Part shown: positions 1 through 10,865 of the stretch, piece by piece
Layout of the letters: each line of letters starts with the position of its first letter
Numbering within the stretch: the first letter of the stretch is position 1
Assembly (NCBI GenBank): GCA_965200155.1
Contig: CBDATR010000009.1
Location: forward strand, 96,001-160,000
Reading direction: 5' to 3'
Source of the DNA: Nitrosopumilaceae archaeon
GTDB lineage: Archaea; Thermoproteota; Nitrososphaeria; Nitrososphaerales; Nitrosopumilaceae
Length of the DNA: 64,000 nucleotides
The notes under the pieces: model-generated
What the model was told of the DNA's origin: nothing
What the model saw: the letters and a program-made list of their open reading frames with translations, nothing else
Databases searched by the model: none
Made by a program: the position numbers and the translations under genes

Positions 1-1466
1 AAGCGGTTTACTGCATATGCGCCTGTGATAAAAGGTGTAAGACTGACTTCAACGCTTTTTGGTTTTGGAATGCCCACATGCTTACATGCATCCTTTACAG
101 CAGACTTTGCCTTGGCCCATGCCATGACGCGTTTATGCATACTACCGCGCGCTAGATTGCCCGGATGCCTTGGCAGTGCAATAGGGGTTGCAGATACCCA
201 CAAGTGAGAGGGTTTTTTCCAGATCTCTTGACGTAGTGATGTGAGGGAAGCCGTACCGCGAAGTCTAGAAATGTTTGTCTCTCCAGTAGCACCCATTGTC
301 AGTTTCATACGTCCAGGTTGTATCTCTTTTTCCCACTCGGCAATAGAATGGATTATTGCATATCGAGAATCGCTATCTAATGATGTGGGTACGGATATGG
401 CTATTCCCAAGAGTCGGCCATCGGAATGGCCAAATCCCACATATGGTAATGGGACAAATGCCACATGTGATGGATTAAGGGTAGGAGAGCCATTGGATTT
501 GTGTCCGCTGAGTCCTTCTGGTATATTTTTGGCATATCTGAATATTGCAGCCCTCATCGTTTTAGCCAGATCTACGACTCGGGTTGAGGGTAGTACACGG
601 GAGCCTCGTTCAAATTCAAACACATACCACTCGCCAGCAGTATTAGGAATATCAGAAATCATCTGGGAACTGGTCCGGTCATCTTTCGTATACACGGTAT
701 TCACACAAGGAAGTGGACGTAATTTAGATCCTTCGTGATATATGTATAGTCGTTCCAATTCTTTCAGCTGACCACTGCTGACATTGCGCAGCAGATCATT
801 GCCCGCATTGAGTCCAAGTTGGGGCTTCCAAGTTGGTTCTGGGGGATCAGAAAAAATCCTGCACGACACCAATGACGAAGCATGACCAAGTCTGGCCACA
901 CGCGCCAATATAGCATCCATGGCATTGCGTACATGTACATCAGGACTGTCCTCCTGTACATCCCAAGCGTATACGACATGTGGATCATAAGGGGTAACCG
1001 ATGGGAAGAACCGCTCTTGTTTGGGGCGATGATCCGGCAACAGCCCCATAGCTGACTTTACAGTAGTTCTACCAGCATCATCTGTCAGTTTCTTGATACG
1101 TTCCAAATTCTCTGGCGTAGTACCAGTCAATCTTTCCTGAGCGTGTAATTTTGTATGATCGAACAGATTCTTGTACTTTGTTCTGGAGATAATTTCGGTA
1201 TCGTTTACTGGTACAAAATGTGATACTACCGTGCGGGTGGTGTAATCCGAGGCGGTAATCGCAGGAGGATCCTGCATCTCCAGCCATTCAAGTGATTGGC
1301 GTTCCATTATATCAGGACTGTCAGTATCAGCCCATGAGGCAACCATTGCAGAGAACAGTCGCGCCGGATGTGGGGGCCACTCTGCCGCATCTCGGCGGTT
1401 GTAGTATGTGGCAACATATCTGCCAGTAAGAAGCGTCACCTCAATGCAGAATTTGGAAGTATCCAT
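1..1466 (-). CDS. csb2: Type I-G (I-U) CRISPR Csb2 (Cas5-Cas6 fusion), 3' end runs off the window
   Basis: Absent from the ORF track because it has no stop in the window. Hand translation from the ATG at 1466, which overlaps the csb1 stop (TAATG): MDTSKFCIEVTLLTGRYVATYYNRRDAAEWPPHPARLFSAMVASW, containing the Csb2 EWPPxPxRLFxA motif. Near base 1 it reads ACKHVGIPKPKSVEVS. Confidence 0.88.
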   Translation of the reverse strand, partial: MDTSKFCIEVTLLTGRYVATYYNRRDAAEWPPHPARLFSAMVASWADTDSPDIMERQSLEWLEMQDPPAITASDYTTRTVVSHFVPVNDTEIISRTKYKNLFDHTKLHAQERLTGTTPENLERIKKLTDDAGRTTVKSAMGLLPDHRPKQERFFPSVTPYDPHVVYAWDVQEDSPDVHVRNAMDAILARVARLGHASSLVSCRIFSDPPEPTWKPQLGLNAGNDLLRNVSSGQLKELERLYIYHEGSKLRPLPCVNTVYTKDDRTSSQMISDIPNTAGEWYVFEFERGSRVLPSTRVVDLAKTMRAAIFRYAKNIPEGLSGHKSNGSPTLNPSHVAFVPLPYVGFGHSDGRLLGIAISVPTSLDSDSRYAIIHSIAEWEKEIQPGRMKLTMGATGETNISRLRGTASLTSLRQEIWKKPSHLWVSATPIALPRHPGNLARGSMHKRVMAWAKAKSAVKDACKHVGIPKPKSVEVSLTPFITGAYAVNR

Positions 1467-2716
1467 TATTCGTCGCTAGACATATCTTTGGAAACCTTAC
1501 GACTGCGCCGGATCAGTTCCAGTAGTTTTGGTGCCGGAACCAGCGCGAGTTTGTCGTTATCTGTTTCCCATCCTAGGCCCGATTCGGCAGCGCGGGTTAC
1601 GGCCATATCCAATATCTCTGTAGTACTGGTTTGGGTTAGATTCACCGGAATGTTTGAGCCGTCTCTCTTTAATAGCTCAATAGTTGGCTCGCCGGTAGGA
1701 ATTAAAAGACAACGTGAGCGCAGATCATAATCATTCGCGTATTGATATGCTATAGCTGCAATACCCAATGCGGCAATGGCCGTGCGTGCATTTATGGATG
1801 CCTCAGCACTGACATCTTTGAACTGCAGACGGCGCAGAGAAACAAAAGATAACAAAATTGTCTGAAGAGCTCCGGATATAGTAACGCCGCCAGATGTAGA
1901 ATCTATTTGAGGTGGTATATTACCATGGTTTATCTTGGAAGGTTGACCGGGCTTACCATCAGAGCCACGGGCTGCATATACCGGTTTTTTATGTTTATCT
2001 TTCTCTGCCTCATCTTCTTCGGTAGTCCATACCTCATCTTTGTTGTTATGATTGTATATACGATCCTCATCAGCAAGTCTTTCTATTTGTAGGGGATCAA
2101 TACGACTAGATACTTTGACACCCACACTGGCATCAAAACCCATAATTTCGGATACATAAGATCGTTGGAACTTGGATCCCAAACCGCCTTTTGGGCCAGT
2201 GGAATCCCACATCCCAAACAGAATAGATGTGGGCGAATATTTGTACAAGGCTATTGCATTACGGGGAGTAGTATTAGTAATAGCCCGACCCACATCTGAC
2301 AGGCGAAATAATGTGCCATCCAAGAGACTGTCCCGGAATATAGCATCGGCAATCCGGTGCGGAGTTTCCAGTACGGTCAGCTTTTCATAGTCGATGTCTT
2401 CGTGTTGGGTAAAATCAACATATGGAACAGGAAACTTCAGGGCACCAGATTTCCACCCATCCAACAAGGCTAGTTCTGCTCGGTTGGCTTCCGCAGCTAC
2501 TGAATTGAGCAGAACTGCTGTTTTGCCCGAACGATCTTCTATAGCATATTTTGTCTTTTCGTTGGGTCCAACCAAGTATGTAGGTGGGAATACCTTATCG
2601 TCGGTACCACCTGCTGGTTGCAGACTTGTACTAGAACGCAAAGCCACAGCACCGCCAGAGACTGCCTCTCGCAGTTGTTCGTATGTAATATCCACATTCA
2701 TCACACCATTAGGCAC
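1466..2716 (-). CDS. csb1: Type I-G CRISPR backbone protein Cas7/Csb1 (probable ATG start at 2701)
   Basis: LQPAGG..KVFPPTY, LLNSVAAEANRAE, PHRIADA, P.SILFGMWDS, SRIDPL, HGNIPP and LRSRC.L motifs typical of the GSU0053/Csb1 family; directly upstream of csb2. Confidence 0.92.
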   Translation of the reverse strand: MPNGVMNVDITYEQLREAVSGGAVALRSSTSLQPAGGTDDKVFPPTYLVGPNEKTKYAIEDRSGKTAVLLNSVAAEANRAELALLDGWKSGALKFPVPYVDFTQHEDIDYEKLTVLETPHRIADAIFRDSLLDGTLFRLSDVGRAITNTTPRNAIALYKYSPTSILFGMWDSTGPKGGLGSKFQRSYVSEIMGFDASVGVKVSSRIDPLQIERLADEDRIYNHNNKDEVWTTEEDEAEKDKHKKPVYAARGSDGKPGQPSKINHGNIPPQIDSTSGGVTISGALQTILLSFVSLRRLQFKDVSAEASINARTAIAALGIAAIAYQYANDYDLRSRCLLIPTGEPTIELLKRDGSNIPVNLTQTSTTEILDMAVTRAAESGLGWETDNDKLALVPAPKLLELIRRSRKVSKDMSSDE

Positions 2717-2875
2717 TATTTATAGTATAACAAGCATGTATGACCATATCTACTTTGGGAACATACACATGATGATTAAGTTTTGGCGGGCCACACATCA
2801 AGACACATGCTAATTTAGATAGTGGATCCTGTTCTGTCCGTTTGAATCTTTGGTAGCATGGGATGCTCAACGGCA

Positions 2876-3360
2876 GTATGAGTTCACGTGATTGGTGTAA
2901 CTGCATTCTATTACAGAAAGGCCCGGTGTGGACTTTATCTGGCCGGGAATCATCCCCGGAACATGTCCATGAATGATTCCATCCCTTCTGCAGAATGGCT
3001 CCGGCCTCAATTTGAGCGAACGGCTTTGATCCGGGCGTGATCGGGATCTATACCCGGGTATCACACAACTGGTACTCTTTAGTCATCAAACCGGCTGTAC
3101 TCCCCGGTAACCGTCCATTGCATCATCCAAATCTAGGAACGATTCCCCGCCATTTCGCACACATGATTCTTTGGAACCATTACTGGAACCAATTGGACCG
3201 CATACACATTCTAGTTCCGTTATGTGTACTCTGTGGGAATAGGATATGCGCCAGCCTTACTGTTTTTCACTGCTGCTTGAGGGATTGGATATGAGTCAGG
3301 TTATGATTACCAACTAAACGCATACACGTTCCTGGAAGGGTTCATCACGTGAACTCATAC
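2876..3360 (-). mobile_element. Heavily internally deleted IS66 derivative (about 485 bp)
   Basis: Bounded by GTATGAGTTCACGTG and CACGTGAACTCATAC. The interior is short collinear pieces of the IS66 at 35267-36938 (e.g. ttacagaaaggccc, tttgatccgggcgt, gtcatcaaaccggc). Confidence 0.75.
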
Positions 3361-3418
3361 ATAAACTTGGTTTAAACGTGTAAGGTGGGGCAAGTGATTC
3401 TGCGCATACGGTCCAATA

Positions 3419-4639
3419 TCACGGAAATTATGGACAGATATTTTGCAAAAATTTCTTGTATCTGGTATGCTTGTGCATAATGTGCAAATTATGCAACCCG
3501 GATACTACGAGTAGATCTTCCCGGAATTCATCACGACTACCATCATATACCTGACTTAATCTACGATATACCTTTAGCATTCGAATTACATGCTCGATTA
3601 ATATGCACCTTTTTGATATAGTTTGGTTGTATTTCCTTTCAGTTTTAGTGAGGGATTCCCCACTCCTGTATGGAATTATGACCTTTGCGCAGGGTAGGAA
3701 GTCTTTCATCCCCTGGTATCCTGCATCTGCTATTACTGTTATCTTATCAGATGGCGGCGTGGTTGATTCTTTTAGGGACTTGCCACCGAGGGGAATATCA
3801 TTCTTGAATATACCATAATCGTGTCTTTTTCCCTCATATACTCCACTGATGTGAATTATCAGTCTTGTTTGATGTGTTCTGTACGTTGTATGGGTGGGTT
3901 TTTTGTTTACCAGAGTACATTGCCTCGTGATTTTTTTCAGGACGTTGTACGCGTACATGTGTCCTGCCAGTCTTTATCTCCCCTCCGGCTCGGCCTGGAA
4001 CAATTTCCTTAAAGTCCGATGCTGACTTGATTTGTGATATTGCTTTTGCAACGGTATAGGCCGTTGGGAGTATCTTGATCAGTCCCTGCTTTGTAAACTG
4101 GATGTAACGACATATGTTTGACTGGTTTATCTTGAGTATTGCTGCCAGCAGCTCCTGCTTTGTATTGCAGCGCAGACGTATCAGTGTAACTAAGAGTACA
4201 TGCCTAATGGAAACGTGCCCGCGATCATTTGTAAACTCCATGAATCGCCGTGCATCATCGCCTTCCGTGGACTCTACGTATTCTGGGAACTGGTTAGTAT
4301 CCATTTGAACTCTTCCGGGGCACATCCGGTCAGGGAATGAAGCTGATCCTTGCGTTCTATGATGTCATCAAGATTTGAAACGAGGGCATTCTTTGTTTGA
4401 GCTTCAAGTTCGCCATGCAGGTTTGTTACTTCGGCCTCGGTGCGTAGCCGGTTGTACTCTGTGACTAACTGCTCCTTGGTGAGTTCTTCTGCTTTTAGCA
4501 TACCTGGTACTACAAAATTAGGTCTTTTCTGTTTCACACGAGTCTGTGGGAAAACCCATGATACTAGATCAATTGCTCGCATCTAACAACTTGGTTTAGA
4601 CGTGCAGAGTGGGAGAAGTGATTCTGCGCATACGGTCTA
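3419..4639 (-). pseudogene. IS5-family (ISL2/DDE_Tnp_4-like) transposase, frameshifted
   Basis: Consecutive ORF pieces 4274-4582, 3834-4325 and 3428-3958 carry YSGKQKTH, HD, ADAGYQG and R.LIEHV motifs; left end TAGACCGTATGCGCA at 4639. Confidence 0.85.
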
Positions 4640-4752
4640 ATGACAAGGATGGAAATCCCCGAGCCACCACAGATGTGATAAGAAATGAGCACCGTTTTCT
4701 TTAGAGCGATTCTTTGAGCTGGTTAATCCCGGCTGTAATTTTAACAATGGGA

Positions 4753-7428
4753 CTATATGTACCCGTCCAGATTTCTCTGGTTGGTGTTGTATGATTCTGA
4801 TCTTCCTGCTCTGAATGCCTCTAGTTCCCGCTTTTCTGCCGTCTCTACATGTACATCTGACCGGGCGGCCCCTGCCTCTATTATGGCCTGTATTATACTC
4901 CAAAACTGGGAGTTATTTTTTGTGGTTTGTAGTAACTCATCCATCTCATCATTCCTTTGATCACGCCACAGTTGCAATGCCTTGTGTAGTATGTCTATTA
5001 CATTCTTTGTACGTATGTCTTTTTCACGCCGTGTTGAGTCCAGCATTGTTATGGCCTGGCCGGTCTTTTTGAGTACATTACCGATATAATCATAGATGTT
5101 CAGGCCCACCCCGATGAATAACTTACGCGCATCATCATAGGGAACCATTCCATCACCATACGCCCACCGCCACGATATGTACAACTTTGACATTGCATCT
5201 ATATCCCCTACATCTTCGTTGATTAGTGTCTTGACTATGTGATCAGAGCATATCTCTCGTATATCTGAAAGCATGTCACTGACGGTGACCGTACTGCCAT
5301 CATTATCGCGTATAACACGCTCATACTTGCCAAACACCTCGCATGACGCACCTATGGCGGAAATGTAAAAATCGGCGCCGCCTATACCTTGACTCATGAA
5401 CTGATCCAGCTTAGAACATACATGCGCCCGCAGCTCTTCCCGAACATTCCCATAGTACGCTTTGGACTGCTTCTCCCACTTGCGGCCGACCATGTATATT
5501 GAGGATGCCAGTGCTGCTTTGTTTTGTGCACTCATTCTACTCTTACTTTCAGTGTCTATCGGCCATGCTGCCGTCACCACGAACCCTGCATCCAGCATAG
5601 CCTGTATGAGTGCCTCCCATCCGTCTGTCGATTTGTGTGTATATACCAGTGTTAGAATGCCGTCCTGTTTAAGAACACGATACATCTCTTTTAATGAATG
5701 GGTCATCAAATGTTGGTAGCCATCCTTATTACGTAGTATACTACTAGTACGGGAAAGGTTACTCACAAGTCCTGTTGTCTGTACTGCTTCCTCACGATCC
5801 GGCGACGACACACCTCTGAACAACTTTTCATACATTGGTAAGTGACCCACCACTCGCTTCAACCACACGTAGAAAAAGTCTGCTATCTTGGAGTAATGTA
5901 TGGAATCATAGTATGGTGGGTCGGTGCATATAACATCAAAAAATTTATTCTCATAGGGAAGCTTAGTGGCCGAGCCCCTTTGGACTTTATATATACTACC
6001 ATCTGCCCCTGAAAGCGCCGCCTTTAGTCCTTCCAACACGGACTTGGTGCTATTATGCCATACAGGATATAAGTTGAGTTCCGCATAGTCTGTAATTGGT
6101 TTAAGAGCATGTGACGAAAAACAGGGCACACCCCTCTCGTTTACGGCTTCCCAACGTGACAGCCTACAGTATTTTTCAACGGTTCTGTCTAATATGAGCG
6201 CCACATATGACATAATCACACATCCATAATCCTCACCATATCGTTCTATGAGTTGCGCCTCGGCCCGCCGGAGTATATCCAATAGAGTCACCAAACATAA
6301 TAATTGCCGTGTGTTAAACAAGTGCTCCCAGCGTGTATAACCGTGTTTCACAATCAGTGTAGAATGCCAATTCGGCCCATCCTTATGATATTCCTTCCCG
6401 TCTGGTGTTGGTATGATATCTGTTGGTATGGGGTCTACTCCATACTTTGTCCTAAATTGTGCACGGCGGCGCTCAAGTTCGACCGCGCATTGTTCATATA
6501 ATGTGATGTCATCTTCATCTATCTCAATATAGAACCGCCCTTGTTTCTTTGGGTGTGTATATATGGCAACTAGCATCTGCTCACCACCTAGCATGGTATG
6601 CATCTCTTTGTTGGTATATGTGTGACCACACACCAAACACTTGATAACATTACCCCCTATTGACCCCATTTTAGGGTCAAAGCCATCAGGTATGGTGTCA
6701 TATGGCCCGCCCACAACATCAAACTTACCGTCTGCCTTTGGACATAGGTGAATGTTACGTCCTCTTGATGTTTCATATGATTTTACCAGTGGTATAGTCG
6801 CCCCACAAATACATGGGATGGTGCGGCACCATCTGTACCCATAGAGGTCATACGTCATACCGTCATCCATCTCAATACTGGGATAGATTTCTTTAACCAT
6901 CTCGTGAATCTCCTGCTGTATTATCTCTGCCACATCTTGCACATCCTTGAGAAGTTTAACTCCATATCTGGCTGGGTATTCTAATGTACATTTTTGTATG
7001 AATACCGCAACCGGATTATAGTCCATACTGTGCGACTCGCACCCAAGCCAGCCAGCTGCAAACGGTATGGCACCGGAACCCCCGAATGGGTCCAGTACTT
7101 TTGGTGTATCATCCCCCCAGACCTTTCGTATATGACCCCGTATGCGCTCCCGGATGTCAGGTTTAGTATAGTCGGTAGACTTGACATAATCATACATGTC
7201 TCGCAACACTTCCTCATGGTCAGGTAGTGGGGGCGACACCAAGGCAGCATACGTAGTTATTCGGGAGACATTGGTAGGTCGCGTAGCCCACCAGCGATGT
7301 AGGTTGTTTATTCTTCCATTTCCTCTATTCTTCTCTTTAGCCCCGGCCTCGGATATCTTCTGTATGGGAAGCATCTCGCCGATAAGCCGCCGCTCACCAG
7401 CTTTCGTCTTCCTTGTATTCCCAGTCAT
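4753..7428 (-). CDS. DUF1156-domain adenine-specific DNA methyltransferase
   Basis: N-terminal LHRWWATRP, motif I LDPFGGSGAIP, CxxC Zn ribbon, catalytic TDPPYYD, and WPIDTE...ALASSI. Confidence 0.9.
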   Translation of the reverse strand: MTGNTRKTKAGERRLIGEMLPIQKISEAGAKEKNRGNGRINNLHRWWATRPTNVSRITTYAALVSPPLPDHEEVLRDMYDYVKSTDYTKPDIRERIRGHIRKVWGDDTPKVLDPFGGSGAIPFAAGWLGCESHSMDYNPVAVFIQKCTLEYPARYGVKLLKDVQDVAEIIQQEIHEMVKEIYPSIEMDDGMTYDLYGYRWCRTIPCICGATIPLVKSYETSRGRNIHLCPKADGKFDVVGGPYDTIPDGFDPKMGSIGGNVIKCLVCGHTYTNKEMHTMLGGEQMLVAIYTHPKKQGRFYIEIDEDDITLYEQCAVELERRRAQFRTKYGVDPIPTDIIPTPDGKEYHKDGPNWHSTLIVKHGYTRWEHLFNTRQLLCLVTLLDILRRAEAQLIERYGEDYGCVIMSYVALILDRTVEKYCRLSRWEAVNERGVPCFSSHALKPITDYAELNLYPVWHNSTKSVLEGLKAALSGADGSIYKVQRGSATKLPYENKFFDVICTDPPYYDSIHYSKIADFFYVWLKRVVGHLPMYEKLFRGVSSPDREEAVQTTGLVSNLSRTSSILRNKDGYQHLMTHSLKEMYRVLKQDGILTLVYTHKSTDGWEALIQAMLDAGFVVTAAWPIDTESKSRMSAQNKAALASSIYMVGRKWEKQSKAYYGNVREELRAHVCSKLDQFMSQGIGGADFYISAIGASCEVFGKYERVIRDNDGSTVTVSDMLSDIREICSDHIVKTLINEDVGDIDAMSKLYISWRWAYGDGMVPYDDARKLFIGVGLNIYDYIGNVLKKTGQAITMLDSTRREKDIRTKNVIDILHKALQLWRDQRNDEMDELLQTTKNNSQFWSIIQAIIEAGAARSDVHVETAEKRELEAFRAGRSESYNTNQRNLDGYI

Positions 7429-9803
7429 GAGATATACTTTCCTTTATGTCATCAGCCACTTTCCTTGGTATCTTACCATTCACATCCAATTGTATGTTGA
7501 ACTCATTCCCACTCTTTTGATCAACGTTGAACTTTAGCGTGGTGGTGGCGACATCATTCAGTGTATTAAATAGACCACCGACCCAGTTCAAATTCTCCCG
7601 GTCAATTACACCGCTACAATGCACACCATCGATTGGAGGGGATTCGGTGACGTCCACTTCAGACTGCCCGATTGTGGTATGGACAGACCCTGTCAAATCA
7701 ACAGGCGGCTTCCTTGTCGGCGACTCTGCCGCCCTTGTCGGCGGCTTCCTTGTCGGCGACTCTGCCGCCCTTGTCATTGCATCCCTGACCACGCTCAACG
7801 ATGCTGGGCGGCGCTCCCCACAAGTTCTCATCATTGAGTCGAATTTATCCTCCGGAGTGCCATCATACTTGTCAAACAGTCCAGAGTCTAACCGCTCTGA
7901 TATCTGGTACACACCTACTAGTTTCTCCCAGATGACATCACCCAGAGGCCGCTTCTCATCCTTGGGGTGCGTGCTCGATATGTTACACTTTTGAATGGTA
8001 TCGTTCCTGTTGGGCAGCCACACGTCGGCGTATTTTTTATGTAGTCCACTCTCTATGCCCCCTTGGCATCCCTTCTCCGCCTTGTCCAGTATGGCTTTAT
8101 CTACTGGCTTTAACGGTGTTCTTTGGCGCACGGCCTGTATTGCTAATAATTCCCGTATGGCATTTTGTAATACACCATCTACACCAGGTAGAATGAATAC
8201 AAGCGCATTCTGGTTAACACGAGCACTCTTGGTGGTGATATTTGTGACTGTCTTTTTACAGTAATCGATATCCGCTGTTCTCATTATGATTAATTGTAAC
8301 CCCGGAATGTCCTCTATCTTGGTGGTGTGATCTGGCCACACGTATGTGCGACGGAACTTGGAGCCCGCACGCTTTTGTAGTATTTCATGTTCCATAGCAT
8401 CTGTATCGCTAACACTACGTTTTGCACGGTCAAGTACCGAGTTTATGTTCTCATTACTAGTGAACCTGAACATTTGGTCGTCTGTCAGTTCCAAATAGAA
8501 CAGTTGGTGGCGCAGCGTCTCCAACATGTCACCTACCTGATGGTGGCCGCACACAGTAGTGAACGCGGCCCGTTTTACATCATCACGTGTGGCACCCTTG
8601 TGCTCGGCGGGAAATGAATACATGAATATTGCACGGGCCACTCGTACGGCATTCCCCCCCCCCCCGTACGGCTCCAGACTGTTTTGAAATTATATCAGAA
8701 TGTATGAGGGATTCCACATTCTCCCCAGCGTGTAGTAAAAGCTCTTTTCGTATTACATCGACACGCAAGTCTATATCAGATAATGTAATGTATGGTCGTT
8801 CTGACTTTAATAATGAGTGTACTACACTTGATAACAGCCGCAGAACGCCGCGCGTACGCTGGAATGAAGGGTAGTTTCCCCATCTCTCATATAATACATC
8901 TATCACATCCGGTGTGAATGGATAGGTAGCACGGAATCGTTCTGTGTAATCGTCTGCCTCACTTTGTGAGATAGAGTGACCCTCAACACACTGCTCTACA
9001 TACTCTTGTATTATGTCGTCGGCGCGGTCCATAATGATATCCTCGCCGGTCTTGAACAATCTGCGGCGTATTATATGTGGAATATCCGCGCTACTGGAAA
9101 CGGTTATGATCTGTTTCTGTCGACCGGCCACTCGTTGAACTTGGCCATAATATTCCTTTTCTATCACCTCGTCGCGGTCAGGTAGGCTTATCACCACACA
9201 TACACGTGGCAACTGCCCCACCTTGTTGAACAGTTTTTGTAGAAAGTTAACAGTCTGTATCGCCATATTAGAATCGCCTACGGTCACCCCCTTTGAGCCA
9301 TCAAAATAGTGAGATATCTCATCTATCAATATTAGAACGGGTTTCTCCCTATCCAGAAGCTCAAGTATGGCCGTGCCGCCCGGTGCCACCTTACCAGACA
9401 TTTTATCAACATTCCCGTCCAGTTGCCGCTCTATCTCGCCCCAGACAGTATCTGTGGACGGATCAAGATCAGCGCCGTCTATCACTATTGGAATGACATC
9501 CCAGTCCTTACACATGTGGTACATTGCCATCATAGAATGGGTCTTACCTCCACCGAAACTGGTCTCTATCTGACGGAACCCGTTACCTCTACCCTCGTGT
9601 AACCTGATCCTAATGTTCTCTAGCGCCTCCTCCATCCCCCTTGTGCGGTATGTTAGCTTGTCAAACTCTTTTTTATTCCAGTATGGTTTTCCTGCATCAC
9701 TGTGCCGGAGTAAATCACCTAGGCTAGCGGCATAAACACTCTTGTCCATGATTCCCTCCCGAACGTCAGTACGGGGTTCCACCATTTCGTAGAATGACTC
9801 CAC
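7394..9803 (-). pseudogene. DUF499 AAA+ ATPase (BrxC/PglY-related), split by a one-base frameshift in a G12 tract
   Basis: Walker A TSFGGGKTH, Walker B LILIDE, RRRLF, YPFTP and FQRTRGVLRL in 8583-9803. Removing one G from the C12 run at 8654-8665 fuses it in frame with 7394-8641 (…GGGNAVRVARAIFMYSF). Confidence 0.88.
7703..7775 (-). repeat. Short in-frame tandem duplication (TRAAESPTRKPP x2) in the DUF499 C-terminal linker
   Basis: ggcggcttccttgtcggcgactctgccgcccttgtc is repeated. Confidence 0.85.
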
Positions 9804-9853
9804 ACCAGCATGGCATGAGGTCGATATTTATTTTTTTACTCGCCGGCGCCGAA

Positions 9854-10811
9854 TGTAATGTATGAAAAGTCGGTCCGCTAGTCATTGACATCCCGCTCCA
9901 TCCATTTTGCATCATTTGCCCTAATTGTCTGGGTCGCCTTTTTATTCCTGGAGTGGTGTTTCGCCGTTATCTATATCCAGTGAGACGTGCAACCTTCTCT
10001 CATTGTAGTAGTCCACATAACCCCGGAGACTGTCATAATGCCATATCTCGTTGGACTCTTAAATAAGAGTCCCCTCGTCCTCAATCATTCCATGGAAGCG
10101 CTCCAGTTTGCCATTTGTCTGCGGGTGGTATGGTCTGGAATTGATTAGTATGATGTCTTGATTCAGCAGTTCTTCCTCGAATAGTGTGGGTTTCCAGTTA
10201 TTTTTGCCCTTTTATTGTCCTACGAAACACGCGCCGTTATCCGAGATGCAGGGGCGCCGAATCGTTTCATTGCCAGTCTCAGTAATAGAGTGGCGTTCTC
10301 TGAGGTCGCATGCTCAAATAGTGCCGCCCCGACGATTTACCTAGATGCATCATCTATGAGATTCAGTCCCCCCTGAAGCGCTCATCTTTTCATGACATGC
10401 CAGTGCCACATTGCATTGGAATATTTACGCTCATAGCGTACCCACTCTGACTTGTGATGATCCTGTCGTGCCGTTCTTTTTCATTATGCGATATACTACG
10501 CGATATATTGTAATTCTGTCTAAGCCTCTTTGCAATACGTACTACTCCGGCGGGATCCTTGCTGTATGCTTCAGTTACCATTCGTATCTGGGTGGCGGTG
10601 ATTGGTATCATGGGTCTGCCCATCTTTACTCGAGTCGTTCCCGTCCTCTGGTTCACAATCTTCGTACGTATCTTGTCTCAGGTCTTGAGCTATTTTGGTG
10701 GTGGCAACGCCTCTTGTCTTGATTCCTCTGTTATTCTCTTTACCATCTGGCTTGTGTAATCTGAACTACTGTACGCCGGATCCTAAGCGAACTTACTTTT
10801 CGTACTATTGA
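9854..10811 (-). mobile_element. Decayed IS481-family element
   Basis: Imperfect TIRs TGTAATGTATGAAAAGTCGGTCCGCT / TCAATAGTACGAAAAGTAAG(T/C)TCGCT; integrase-core remnants WVRYERKYSNAMWH, DDASR and SRPYHPQTNGKLERFH; no intact ORF. Confidence 0.82.
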
Positions 10812-10865
10812 TGATGGCTCTGCCGTTGAATCGAATATAAGTGGCCTCCCTTCTGTGGTTATAGC

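Noticed and set aside
241-1730. ORF-track ORFs over csb2/csb1 (e.g. 241-738 +, 764-988 -, 1368-1730 +)
   Set aside because: They are shadow frames of the real csb2 and csb1 genes.
3362-3413. Direct repeat of the ISL2 left end (also at 4589-4639) as an LTR-like structure
   Set aside because: Better explained as the truncated tip of another ISL2 copy abutting the IS66 mini-element.
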